Source: Krischvirus LF73P4. Taken from it: a DNA stretch of 64,000 bases. The position numbers and the translations under genes are program-made. The stretch is from sequence record OZ035795.1; one strand, 5' to 3'. Position 1 is the stretch's first letter, and the number at the start of each line of letters is the position of its first letter. Shown here piece after piece: positions 9,226 through 18,644 of the stretch. The notes beneath the pieces are model-generated. The model was not told where the DNA came from. It did no database searches and saw nothing but the letters and a program-made list of their open reading frames with translations.

Positions 9226-10200
9226 ATGCTGAGTGTTAATGAAAATGAGTTTCAGTGGGAACAGAAATACCGTCCGAAATCAATTTCTGAATGTATTCTG
9301 CCGGAAGCAGATAAAAAGATCTTCGCGCAGATTGTTAAGCAAGGCCGAATCCCTTCTATGATCCTGCATAGCCCATCGCCGGGTACTGGTAAAACAACCG
9401 TTGCTAAGGCGCTTTGCGAAGATGTGGGTGTTGATTATCTGTTTGTTAACGGCGCAGATTGTAAGATTGATTTTATCCGCGATGAGATTACACGCTTTGC
9501 GCAGAGTGTATCACTCGATGAAGAAAAACGAGAAAAAGGCAAAGTTGTTATTATCGATGAGTATGACCGAGCGGGGTTGGCTGACGCTCAAAGACACTTG
9601 CGTAGTTTCTCTGAGGCATACTCAAACAACGTGACATTCATTATCACAGCAAACGATCTAGAAGGTATTATCCCAGCGTTACGATCTCGATTTGATCCCA
9701 TCACGTTTGGATCTCCGACTAAAGATGATCAGCTTCGCATGATGAAAGAAATGATCGTCCGGTGTAAAGCAATTCTTGATAAAGAAGGTGTGCCAGTAGA
9801 AGAAATGCGCGTATTAGCGGAACTGGTTAAACAGAACTTCCCAGACTTCCGACGCGTAATGAAACTTTTGGACCGCTACGCTAAACATGGTAAAATTGAT
9901 GCTGGCGTATTGAGCATGGTTATCGAAAGTAGCAATACCGAAGTAACCGATGTGGTGGAAGCACTTAAAACTAAACAGTTTGCTAATGTGCGTAAACTTG
10001 CACCGCGATATACCAATACATACGCTCAATTTGTCAAGAAACTTTATAATGAGTTGTATACTCAAGTTAAGCCAGCTTCTATTATTCGTCTGACCGAGAT
10101 TATCGGTGAAAATAATCAGATGTTTGCGCACGCGGCTGATAAAGAGATTCACATTGTCTTTTTGTTAATGCAATTAATGGTTGAATTGGAGTTCGTATAA
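9226..10200 (+). CDS. 44: clamp-loader large subunit gp44 (AAA+ ATPase)
   Basis: ATG 9226; EQKYRP....ECILP, Walker A HSPSPGTGKTTVAKALC, DE Walker B (IIDEYDR), sensor ...ITAN match recalled T4 gp44. Confidence 0.9.
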   Translation: MLSVNENEFQWEQKYRPKSISECILPEADKKIFAQIVKQGRIPSMILHSPSPGTGKTTVAKALCEDVGVDYLFVNGADCKIDFIRDEITRFAQSVSLDEEKREKGKVVIIDEYDRAGLADAQRHLRSFSEAYSNNVTFIITANDLEGIIPALRSRFDPITFGSPTKDDQLRMMKEMIVRCKAILDKEGVPVEEMRVLAELVKQNFPDFRRVMKLLDRYAKHGKIDAGVLSMVIESSNTEVTDVVEALKTKQFANVRKLAPRYTNTYAQFVKKLYNELYTQVKPASIIRLTEIIGENNQMFAHAADKEIHIVFLLMQLMVELEFV

Positions 10201-10778
10201 TGTTAGGTCAATTTTTCGGTGAAGATGATACACAATTAAACGAGCATGAAATTGCATGGCGCTCTCGTGATTGGGAAAAGGTGTCTGAATTAGCTGACAC
10301 ATTCACCGAGAAAACCGACAATGCATTATTTGCTCTGATGGATCATATCACCTTAGATAAACAGCGCGTTAATGTTGGGAACAATTCTGCATATAACCAG
10401 AGATGGATTAATACCGCTCTTTCCCAGCACGCAGATTGCCTATATAGCGCGTATGTGATGAATTTAATCGGTCATGGCCTCCCAGATCAAATGCATTTTG
10501 ATTATCTCTTACAGAGTATTTCTAAGGGGAAACGATACGGTAAATGGGCTAAACTAACAGAAGAATTGGACCAAAAATTGGTTTTAATGGCAGTGGCGAA
10601 AGCATATTGTGTAAATATGGATGACGCCCGGTTTTATCTCGATTTGGCTAATGAAAAGGGATATATGGACAAGTTATTGAAGCACATTAAACCGTATGCG
10701 ACCGATGAACTTTTGGCGGGTGTTACTAAGAATCAGACAGAAAGGAAACGACTTAAAAAGATTATAGAAAGGTGGTAA
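10200..10778 (+). CDS. 62: clamp-loader small subunit gp62
   Basis: 192 aa, TAATG overlap with gene 44, size and position as in T4. Confidence 0.75.
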   Translation: MLGQFFGEDDTQLNEHEIAWRSRDWEKVSELADTFTEKTDNALFALMDHITLDKQRVNVGNNSAYNQRWINTALSQHADCLYSAYVMNLIGHGLPDQMHFDYLLQSISKGKRYGKWAKLTEELDQKLVLMAVAKAYCVNMDDARFYLDLANEKGYMDKLLKHIKPYATDELLAGVTKNQTERKRLKKIIERW

Positions 10779-10779
10779 A

Positions 10780-11142
10780 ATGATTGAAATTAATTTGATT
10801 AGTCCTGAAAACTTCCTTAAAATTAAGGAGACTTTAACCCGCTGCGGCATTGCCAACAATCGAGACAAGACGCTGTATCAGTCTTGTCATATTCTCCAGA
10901 AGAAAGGGCGCTATTACATCGTTCATTTCAAGGAGTTGTTGAAATTAGATGGTCGTAGTGTTAAAATGACGTGGGAAGATGAATTACGCCGTAATAACAT
11001 TGCAAAACTTCTGGCGCAGTGGAATCTGTGTACCCTGATTGATAGTGATTTTGAAACTACCGAAGTTAATAATTTCCGTGTATTGTCTTTCAAACAGAAA
11101 GAAGAGTGGACGCTGATCGAGAAATATCAGATCGGACGATAA
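10780..11142 (+). CDS. regA: translational repressor RegA
   Basis: 120 aa; MIEI.L..PE.FLK.KETLTR.GIAN..DK.LYQSCHILQKKG.YYIVHFKE matches recalled T4 RegA. Confidence 0.85.
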   Translation: MIEINLISPENFLKIKETLTRCGIANNRDKTLYQSCHILQKKGRYYIVHFKELLKLDGRSVKMTWEDELRRNNIAKLLAQWNLCTLIDSDFETTEVNNFRVLSFKQKEEWTLIEKYQIGR

Positions 11143-11163
11143 GATACTGATGGGATAGGGGTA

Positions 11164-11192
11164 TTGACAAACTAAGTCGATTCCCCTATAAT
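11164..11192 (+). promoter_or_regulatory. early promoter TTGACA-N17-TATAAT upstream of gene 43
   Basis: Consensus hexamers, 17-nt spacer. Confidence 0.6.
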
Positions 11193-11224
11193 GAGTGTCT
11201 TTCGTAAGTGAAGGAGTTTATATT

Positions 11225-13903
11225 ATGTATTTTCTGTCATGTGAGCGAGTGGGTGATAAGATCTACGAGCGTTATATTGATGATGCTGGACAAGAACAAG
11301 AGCGTTACGTTGAATATACGCCAACTTTATTTCATCATGCCGCGCCCGGTATGGTTACGAATTATAAAGATATCTATGGCAAGCCTTGCATTGCTAAAAA
11401 ATTCCCATCTATGAACGAGGCCAACAAATGGCGTAAAAAGATGGGAGAAATGGGGCAGGAGGCACTAGGGATGGATGATTTTATCATCTCCTATCTGTCC
11501 GATACATATAAAGGCGAGATTCGATATGACCGAAATAAAATCCGTGTAGCCTGGGTTGATATTGAGGTCACTGCACCGGAATTTCCTAAACCAGAAGAAG
11601 CGAAATATCCTATCGATGCTATTACGCATTATGATTCCGTACATGATCGTTTCTTTGTATTTGATTTGAAAGGAAAAAACGGTGAAATCTGGGAAGCAAG
11701 CAAGTCTATTCTTCGACCTGATATTGTAGAGCGCGTTGTTTATAACGTCTATGACACAGAAGATGAATTGCTGTTAGAATACATCCGATTCTTTGAGGAA
11801 AACCGACCCGTTGGTTTCACTGGCTGGAACACAGAAACATTCGATATTCCATATATCATTAAACGTATCAGTAATAAGTTCGGAAGTAGAACCGCTAACC
11901 GTCTAAGCCCATGCGGTAAGATTAAATCCCGAATCTCGCAGGATGATTTTGGCAACGAGCGTGAAGCATTTACGATCATGGGGATCGAAAGCCTTGATTA
12001 TATTGACCTGTACAAGAAATTTAGCTTTACGACTCAACCAACATATGCATTAGATTATGTTGCTGAATATGAGACCGGAATCGGTAAGGTTGATTATGAT
12101 GGTCCGTTAAAGAAATTGCGTGATGACAACCATCAACTTTACATCGATTATAACATCGGCGACGTTGATCGTGTGCTGGCGATTGATAAAAAGCGTGGAT
12201 TTATCGATCTTGTGTATAGTCTATGTTTCTATGCAAAGATTAAATTTAACCATGTTTATAACCCGATGAAAGTATGGGATGCTATTATCTTCGGATCTCT
12301 GAAAGCAGAGGGTAAAGTAGTACCGGAAAATAAGATACAGCCTAAGCAGACTTATCCTGGCGCATTCGTAAAAGAACCTGTACCGAATGCTTACCGTTGG
12401 ATGATGAGCTTTGACTTAACAAGTCTGTACCCATCTATTATTCGACAGGTTAATATTTCTCCTGAAACAATCGCTGGATCTTTTGATGCTGCACCGATGC
12501 ACGAGTATATCAATAAAACTGCACCACGTCCGAGTGATGAGTATTCTTGCTCGCCTAACGGATGGATGTATAGAAAAGATATTCACGGTATCGTACCGAT
12601 TGAGATTAAAAAGGTATTCGATCAGCGTAAGCAGTACAAAAACATGATGTTGGCATGTGATCGCAATGCTGAACTCTGTAAAGCGATTCTACACGATGAA
12701 AATCATGTTTATGGGGGAACCATTAGCTATAGCGTTGAAGTGCGTCACGACTTCGATGAAGCGTTTAAATCGATGCTTTCTGAATTGAGCAAAGATGCCT
12801 TAGAGAAATTGCTGGAAGAATGTAAAGACGAGTCGATCTTGTGCAATACAAACCAGCTTTCTCGAAAAGTTTTGATCAACTCCCTTTATGGTGCGTTGGG
12901 GAATCCTAAATTCCGTTTTTATGATCTCCGTAACGCTAGTGCGATCACACTGTTCGGTCAGCTTGCAATTCAGTGGATTGAGCGTAAGATTAACGAATAC
13001 TTAAACGAGCTTTGCGGAACGACTGATTTTGCATATGTTCGTTATTGTGATACTGACTCCGTTTATGTGCTGGTTAACAATGTTATTGATAAGGTTGGCG
13101 GGGAAGACCGTTTCGACGATACCGAAAAACTTGTTGACTTCCTTGATAATTTCGGTAAACATCGAATGGAACCTATTATCGACAAGGGATATCGCGAGTT
13201 ATGCGAGTACATGAACAACTATGAGCACTTGATGTTTATGGACCGTGAGGCAATTGCTGGTCCTCCGTTGAAATCTGCGGGTATCGGTGGATTCTGGACT
13301 GGTAAAAAGCGTTATGCTCTTAATGTTTGGGATATGGAAGGAACGCGCTTTGCTGAACCTAAGCTAAAAATCATGGGCTTGGAAACGCAACGTAGCTCCA
13401 CCCCTAAAGCATGTCAGAAATCACTGAAAGAATGTATTCGCCGTATGTTGCAGGAAGGTGAAGAGTCATTGCAGGAATACTACGGTATTTTTGAGCAAGA
13501 ATTTAGAAAACTTGACTATCTTGATGTTGCTGCGGTATCATCTGCAAACAACCTACAGAAATACAGCGATTCAAACGGGTATCCGATTAAGGGTTGTCCG
13601 TATGCGGTTAAGAGTGTATTGTGTTATAATCGTAATGCTCGAAAATTCGGACTAGACCCGATTCGTGAGGGTGAGAAGGTTATGATTGTACCGCTTAAAG
13701 ACCGAAATCCGTTTGGAGAAATCTGTTTTGGTTGGTTGTCTGGTACTCGTATTCCACCAGAAATTGAATCAGAGGTGTTGAAGTGGTTGGACTGGCCTTT
13801 GTTGTTTAATAAGACTTTCGTCAAACCACTGGAGAACATTACCACGGCTGCAAAGCTGCAATATGAAAAAGTTGCTTCACTGACTGACCTGTTTGACATT
13901 TAA
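11225..13903 (+). CDS. 43: DNA polymerase gp43 (family B)
   Basis: ATG 11225 after AAGGAG; ...ERYIDD.G.E; exo motifs; SFDLTSLYPSIIRQVNISPET; NSLYGALGN; YCDTDSVYV match recalled T4 gp43. Confidence 0.95.
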   Translation: MYFLSCERVGDKIYERYIDDAGQEQERYVEYTPTLFHHAAPGMVTNYKDIYGKPCIAKKFPSMNEANKWRKKMGEMGQEALGMDDFIISYLSDTYKGEIRYDRNKIRVAWVDIEVTAPEFPKPEEAKYPIDAITHYDSVHDRFFVFDLKGKNGEIWEASKSILRPDIVERVVYNVYDTEDELLLEYIRFFEENRPVGFTGWNTETFDIPYIIKRISNKFGSRTANRLSPCGKIKSRISQDDFGNEREAFTIMGIESLDYIDLYKKFSFTTQPTYALDYVAEYETGIGKVDYDGPLKKLRDDNHQLYIDYNIGDVDRVLAIDKKRGFIDLVYSLCFYAKIKFNHVYNPMKVWDAIIFGSLKAEGKVVPENKIQPKQTYPGAFVKEPVPNAYRWMMSFDLTSLYPSIIRQVNISPETIAGSFDAAPMHEYINKTAPRPSDEYSCSPNGWMYRKDIHGIVPIEIKKVFDQRKQYKNMMLACDRNAELCKAILHDENHVYGGTISYSVEVRHDFDEAFKSMLSELSKDALEKLLEECKDESILCNTNQLSRKVLINSLYGALGNPKFRFYDLRNASAITLFGQLAIQWIERKINEYLNELCGTTDFAYVRYCDTDSVYVLVNNVIDKVGGEDRFDDTEKLVDFLDNFGKHRMEPIIDKGYRELCEYMNNYEHLMFMDREAIAGPPLKSAGIGGFWTGKKRYALNVWDMEGTRFAEPKLKIMGLETQRSSTPKACQKSLKECIRRMLQEGEESLQEYYGIFEQEFRKLDYLDVAAVSSANNLQKYSDSNGYPIKGCPYAVKSVLCYNRNARKFGLDPIREGEKVMIVPLKDRNPFGEICFGWLSGTRIPPEIESEVLKWLDWPLLFNKTFVKPLENITTAAKLQYEKVASLTDLFDI

Positions 13904-13947
13904 GATAAAGTGTGTATAATGGCGGGTGTTGGGTGACGATACCCGCC
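13893..13947 (+). promoter_or_regulatory. early promoter TTGACA-N16-(TG)TATAAT followed by stem-loop GGCGGGT...ACCCGCC
   Basis: Hexamers overlapping gene 43 stop; 7-bp stem just after -10. Confidence 0.5.
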
Positions 13948-13964
13948 AATGTGAGAAATATATT

Positions 13965-14153
13965 ATGAGAGACATTGAAAAGATTAAACGTGAACGTGAG
14001 GAAGGCATAGAGCATTTCAAGAAAGTTCACGGAAATCACAGCAACGAAGTATTTGTGACGATCAATGTTGATGCGATGAAAAAGTTAATTCAAGAGCACT
14101 ACAAAGATCGAATAACAATGAAGCAATTAAAGTATTACGGATTAACTGAATAG
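13965..14153 (+). CDS. hypothetical protein
   Basis: Track ORF 13926..14153; ATG 13965 downstream of promoter/stem-loop. Confidence 0.4.
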   Translation: MRDIEKIKREREEGIEHFKKVHGNHSNEVFVTINVDAMKKLIQEHYKDRITMKQLKYYGLTE

Positions 14154-14164
14154 AGGTATTAATA

Positions 14165-15235
14165 ATGTCTGTACTGGAAAAACTGAAAAAGAACTCTACC
14201 CTGAAAACTACTGCGGTACTGTCTAAATCCAGCTTCTTTAACGAAAAAACAAATACTCGCACTAAGATCCCGATGCTGAATATTGCGTTTTCAGGTGATC
14301 TTAAAAAGGGCTTTCAATCTGGTCTGATTTTCTTTGCTGGTCCGTCTAAGCACTTTAAATCAAACATGGGATTAACTTGTGTTAGTGCATACATGAAACA
14401 GAATCCTGATGCGGCGTGTTTGTTCTTTGATTCTGAGTTCGGTATTACACCCGCTTATCTTGAATCTATGGGTGTAGATCCTGATCGCGTGGTGCATGTT
14501 CCAATCAAGAACATCGAAGAACTTAAATTTGAAATCATGAACCAGCTTGAGCAAATTACCCGTGAAGATAAAGTGATCATCTTTATTGACTCAATCGGTA
14601 ACTTAGCAAGTAAAAAAGAAGTTGAAGACGCGATTAATGAGAAATCCGCACAGGATATGACGCGAGCTAAAGCACTTAAAGGCTTGTTCCGTATGGTGAC
14701 GCCATATCTGACTATGAATGATATCCCGTGCATCGCTATTAACCACACTTACGAAACGCAAGAAATGTTTAGTAAGACCGTTATGTCCGGCGGTACGGGC
14801 GCGATGTATTCAGCCAATGAAGTTTTCATTATTGGTCGTCGTCAGCAGAAAGAAGGAACCGAAATTACTGGTTATGATTTTATCCTGAATGCGGAAAAAT
14901 CACGAACCGTTAAAGAAAAATCTAAGTTCCCGATTAGCGTAACATTTAGCGGTGGTATCGATCCTTATTCCGGCTTGCTGGAATTGGCTGTAGAGTTAGG
15001 CTGGGTAGTGAAACCGTCAAACGGCTGGTATTCTCGTTCAATCCTAAATACCGAGACCGGAGAGATGGAAACCGAAGAACGCAAGTTCCGTGCTAAAGAA
15101 ACCAATAGCATTGAGTTCTGGAAACCACTTCTGACAAACGATAAGTTTAACGAAGCAATCAACGATCATTATAAGCTGGGGCAAGTGATCAGCGACGAAG
15201 CAGTTGACAAAGAAATCGAAGATATGTTAGCATAA
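14165..15235 (+). CDS. uvsX: recombinase UvsX (RecA-like)
   Basis: 356 aa; ...KFFNEK...RTKIPM.NIA.SG; GPSK.FKSN; DSEFGITPAYL.SMGVDP.RV.H; CIAINHTYETQEMFSKTVM.GGTG match recalled T4 UvsX. Confidence 0.9.
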   Translation: MSVLEKLKKNSTLKTTAVLSKSSFFNEKTNTRTKIPMLNIAFSGDLKKGFQSGLIFFAGPSKHFKSNMGLTCVSAYMKQNPDAACLFFDSEFGITPAYLESMGVDPDRVVHVPIKNIEELKFEIMNQLEQITREDKVIIFIDSIGNLASKKEVEDAINEKSAQDMTRAKALKGLFRMVTPYLTMNDIPCIAINHTYETQEMFSKTVMSGGTGAMYSANEVFIIGRRQQKEGTEITGYDFILNAEKSRTVKEKSKFPISVTFSGGIDPYSGLLELAVELGWVVKPSNGWYSRSILNTETGEMETEERKFRAKETNSIEFWKPLLTNDKFNEAINDHYKLGQVISDEAVDKEIEDMLA

Positions 15236-15247
15236 CAATGGTAGTAA

Positions 15248-15272
15248 AGGGGCTACGTGCCCCTTTTTCATA
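15248..15272 (+). terminator. intrinsic terminator after uvsX
   Basis: AAAGGGGCTACGTGCCCCTTTTTC: GC stem plus T-run. Confidence 0.5.
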
Positions 15273-15290
15273 TCTAGAGAGGATTATATT

Positions 15291-15608
15291 ATGGATAAGA
15301 AACCAACAAGTTTAGAAGAAGCACACAGCTTGATTCAAGAAGCAATGAAGACAGTTATCCAGGAACTGATAATTGTTGATGAAGAGGGAGAACATCATAT
15401 TGTCTATATTCATAATGTTGAATACGATCCAGACACTAAAGGTATTATGGTCGACTACTCCACGCCGTCAGATCGTGATGTGGTATATCCACACGTCATT
15501 AAGGCGTTAACCGCGCAGATCAAAGAAGCAGAAGAAAAGTTGAAAAAAGAAACTTTCTGGTATAAACTCAAGACCTTTGTTATGCGTGTAGTTGGGGGCT
15601 ATGTATGA
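15291..15608 (+). CDS. hypothetical protein (between uvsX and 41, where T4 has gene 40)
   Basis: 105-aa ORF, overlaps gene 41 start; positional inference only. Confidence 0.45.
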   Translation: MDKKPTSLEEAHSLIQEAMKTVIQELIIVDEEGEHHIVYIHNVEYDPDTKGIMVDYSTPSDRDVVYPHVIKALTAQIKEAEEKLKKETFWYKLKTFVMRVVGGYV

Positions 15609-17017
15609 TTAAAACTATCTTTTCACAGTTGATTTACAATGGCGCATTCTTTACGAATGTATGGCCTCACCTTAAAGCGGACTACTTCACCGAAGACGAA
15701 GAAAAACTGATTTATAAGCTGATTAAAAAGCACGTAGACGAATATTCCAATATTCCTACGCCAACAGCATTACAGATTGCTTTAGACAAGGAGAGAGGCA
15801 ATCAGACAACATATGAAGGGGCGAAAACTCTTCTTGATTCGCTTGAGAATACACCGGAAGACCTTGATTGGTTAATGAAGGAAACCGAAAAATTTATTCG
15901 TGACCGCGCTATGTATAATGCAATGTCACGGGCGCTAGAGATTCAGGCGAACGCACAACTACCAAAAGAGAAACAGAATAAGAAATTGCCTAGTGAGGGC
16001 GCTATTCCTGAAATTATGCAGGAAGCACTATCCATTACGTTTGATTCTGATGTAGGTCATGACTGGTTTAATGACTTTGAAAAACGATTCTTGCTATATC
16101 AGACTAAGGCGAATAAGATCCCATTTAAGCTGCCGATGTTGAATAAAATCACGAAAGGAGGGGCGGAAAGAAAAACGCTAAATGTGTTGCTTGCTGGTGT
16201 AAACGTTGGTAAATCGCTTGGATTGTGTTCTCTTGCTGCGGATTATATGGAATGTGGTTATGATGTATTGTATATCTCAATGGAGATGGCAGAGCATGTC
16301 GTAGCCAAACGTATCGACGCAAACTTGCTTGACATTACATTAGATGAATTGGATAATGGTAATGTTTCTTTTGCGGAATATTCCGCACGCATGAAGCGTG
16401 TTAAGAATAAGAAGATCGGGGATCGTCCGGTTGGAAAATTGATGATCAAGCAGTATCCGACTGGTGGCGCGAACTCCAATCACTTTGAGGCGTTAATGAA
16501 TGAATTGCGACTCAAGAAACAGTTTAAACCTGATGTTGTGATTGTTGACTATCTTGGGATTTGCGCATCGTCTCGCTTGCGTGTATACTCTGAAAATAGT
16601 TACACACTAGTTAAGGCGATTGCGGAAGAACTGCGAGGATTTTTTGTTAAGTGGGATGTTGTTGGTTGGACTGCGGCACAGACTACCCGCGCTGGTTGGG
16701 ATGCTTCCGACCTTAACATGAGTGATACCGCTGAATCAGCAGGTCTTCCGGCTACAGCCGACTTTATGTTGGGTGTTATCGAAACCGAAGACCTGGCTAA
16801 AATGGGCGTCCAACTCATGAAGCAGATCAAGTCTCGTTACGGTGATAAGAACTATTATTCACGGTTTAACGTTGGTGTGAAGAAAGGCAATCAGCGTTGG
16901 TATGAAGTACCAAACCAGATCGCAGATCAGGAGAACGCACAAGTTAAACCACAAAGCGCACAGCAAGCCGAGAAACGCGAAAAACTCGACGAGCTAGCAA
17001 ATACCATGACTTTCTAA
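15605..17017 (+). CDS. 41: replicative DNA helicase gp41 (DnaB-like)
   Basis: 470 aa; KIPFKLPMLNKITKGGAE..TLNVL.AGVNVGKSLGLCSLAADY; DYLGIC; SRYGDKN match recalled T4 gp41. Confidence 0.9.
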   Translation: MIKTIFSQLIYNGAFFTNVWPHLKADYFTEDEEKLIYKLIKKHVDEYSNIPTPTALQIALDKERGNQTTYEGAKTLLDSLENTPEDLDWLMKETEKFIRDRAMYNAMSRALEIQANAQLPKEKQNKKLPSEGAIPEIMQEALSITFDSDVGHDWFNDFEKRFLLYQTKANKIPFKLPMLNKITKGGAERKTLNVLLAGVNVGKSLGLCSLAADYMECGYDVLYISMEMAEHVVAKRIDANLLDITLDELDNGNVSFAEYSARMKRVKNKKIGDRPVGKLMIKQYPTGGANSNHFEALMNELRLKKQFKPDVVIVDYLGICASSRLRVYSENSYTLVKAIAEELRGFFVKWDVVGWTAAQTTRAGWDASDLNMSDTAESAGLPATADFMLGVIETEDLAKMGVQLMKQIKSRYGDKNYYSRFNVGVKKGNQRWYEVPNQIADQENAQVKPQSAQQAEKREKLDELANTMTF

Positions 17018-17026
17018 TAAAATGCG

Positions 17027-17045
17027 CCCTACGGGGCGCTGGTGA
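17027..17045 (+). terminator. stem-loop after gene 41
   Basis: GCGCCCTACGGGGCGC hairpin; weak U-tract. Confidence 0.35.
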
Positions 17046-17067
17046 ATGATTTGATAGGAGATATAAC

Positions 17068-17703
17068 ATGATCGCTAATGCTTTACCGCCAAAATGGATC
17101 GTAAGTCGCTTTTATACTCTCAAGGAAGGTAACGCACCTGATGGTCGTCCGATCCGAGATCTGTTTCTGGAGATGACTACAGCCGAAGCACAGTTTTATA
17201 ATGATCTGACAGACGATAAGCCATTTCTCGTAAATTCGGTGGACCTCGATGGCAATGTCACATCAATCATCACACATGGTGGGGGAGTGAAAAATATTAC
17301 TTCTCTGCGTGATCACGGTTGGGAAATTGCTTGTGTATTTCCTGCGGATGTACGCGGATTCTTTGATGAGGTATCTGATATTAAAGTAAATGCACTGGAA
17401 CCATATGACGAGATCCCACCACTGAAAGAAGAAAAAGAGTTGACACCGGAAGATGTAGATAGTACACTACACCCCGACCTATTTAAGAAGATTAGCGGTT
17501 TATGGACTGTTACCCTGTATCCAACCGCATTAGGTCTAGAATTGGGTATGCCAACTTATTCTGATATTGATAATTGGACTAAGCATATTGATAAAGATGT
17601 TGAAAAACAGCGAAATAATGCTAAAATGCAACTTAAAGAGAAACGCAAAGATCTTGAACGACAACTGAAAGAAACAAAACGTTTGCTTTCTACATTCGCT
17701 TGA
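17068..17703 (+). CDS. hypothetical protein
   Basis: 211-aa ORF between 41 and 61, coiled-coil C-terminus. Confidence 0.5.
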   Translation: MIANALPPKWIVSRFYTLKEGNAPDGRPIRDLFLEMTTAEAQFYNDLTDDKPFLVNSVDLDGNVTSIITHGGGVKNITSLRDHGWEIACVFPADVRGFFDEVSDIKVNALEPYDEIPPLKEEKELTPEDVDSTLHPDLFKKISGLWTVTLYPTALGLELGMPTYSDIDNWTKHIDKDVEKQRNNAKMQLKEKRKDLERQLKETKRLLSTFA

Positions 17704-17733
17704 TCTATAATGAAACTCTAAGGAGACTATATT

Positions 17734-18111
17734 ATGAAAAATATGATTACGCCGGAAGATGTAGCATTCAAAACCGCATTCAACGGAGATATTCTTATTT
17801 TTATCGACGGTAAACACGCCGGAATGATTGAACAGGAAGGTCGCTGGGGTGTTGCTGAACTATATAACGTGGCGGGTGTAGAAGGTCATAAAACAGCACT
17901 TGTTTTCTTGTCGGATAAAGATCAAATGCGTCGAAAAATTGCTGCGCTCTATAATGAAGCAGTATATTTCTACGAACCGTTTCATCGTATTAAAACGATC
18001 TCCCGCGTGACTCGAAAAGATGTTAATGCTTGTGTTATCAAGATTGTAGAGAATCAGGATAAACTGACGAAAGACCAGATTGTTGACTTACTGAAAGAGA
18101 TTATTCTATGA
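17734..18111 (+). CDS. hypothetical protein
   Basis: 125-aa ORF, TATAAT -10 about 25 nt upstream. Confidence 0.5.
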   Translation: MKNMITPEDVAFKTAFNGDILIFIDGKHAGMIEQEGRWGVAELYNVAGVEGHKTALVFLSDKDQMRRKIAALYNEAVYFYEPFHRIKTISRVTRKDVNACVIKIVENQDKLTKDQIVDLLKEIIL

Positions 18112-18284
18112 TTGGATTTAAACAGTTTGTTGAAGAAAATAAACTCAAAGAAGATATGACCGCTGGCGATGCTGGCGGCAATCCTGAGAAGATCGCAGCA
18201 GGTGAAACGAGCGGATCTATTACCAATCGTGGACCTAGTGTAGCGGGTAAAGAAAAACGCAAAAAGGAGAAAGACGGTGCTTAG
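18108..18284 (+). CDS. hypothetical 58-aa protein
   Basis: Not in track; ATGA overlap with upstream stop; MIGFKQFVEENKLKEDMTAGDAGGNPEK... Confidence 0.3.
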   Translation: MIGFKQFVEENKLKEDMTAGDAGGNPEKIAAGETSGSITNRGPSVAGKEKRKKEKDGA

Positions 18285-18291
18285 TATCATC

Positions 18292-18435
18292 ATGTTTATC
18301 GTTGGCTTGCTGTCCGCTATTATCGGTGTTGTTATTTTCGGATTATCTGGACACAAAACAAAAACAGAAAAGTTATCCGAGATCACAATGTATGTTGGTG
18401 TAGTTCTCATTCTGTTGTCGGTGGCGCTTAAATGA
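18292..18435 (+). CDS. hypothetical 47-aa membrane peptide (two hydrophobic segments)
   Basis: Not in track; MFIVGLLSAIIGVVIFGLSGHKTKTEKLSEITMYVGVVLILLSVALK; stop overlaps next ATG. Confidence 0.3.
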   Translation: MFIVGLLSAIIGVVIFGLSGHKTKTEKLSEITMYVGVVLILLSVALK

Positions 18436-18635
18436 TTACGATGAAATGTCTTAAAAGCACATATGCACTTTTTGAAGCCGGAAAAGAATATGAATTTACA
18501 GAACTTGACCCGGTAGGCCGTTTTCGTGTATTCTCTTACACATCGCCAGATGGTAGTGTCTACAAATTTGGATTAGATGAGAACGGAGAGAATGAAAATG
18601 AAAGTGTAGGAACTTTCATGAAATTTGAGCTATAA
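18432..18635 (+). CDS. hypothetical protein
   Basis: 67-aa ORF. Confidence 0.4.
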   Translation: MITMKCLKSTYALFEAGKEYEFTELDPVGRFRVFSYTSPDGSVYKFGLDENGENENESVGTFMKFEL

Positions 18636-18644
18636 GAGGTTATT

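Noticed and set aside
11208-11414. Alternative-frame 68-aa ORF at the start of gene 43
   Set aside because: It starts on a GTG inside the Shine-Dalgarno of gene 43 and is out of frame with the conserved polymerase N-terminus; the start at 11225 gives the conserved ...ERYIDD.G motif.
18054-18410. 118-aa minus-strand ORF in the 41-61 intergenic insertion
   Set aside because: Low-complexity antisense translation; the plus strand here carries chained mini-ORFs with ATGA overlaps consistent with the operon direction.
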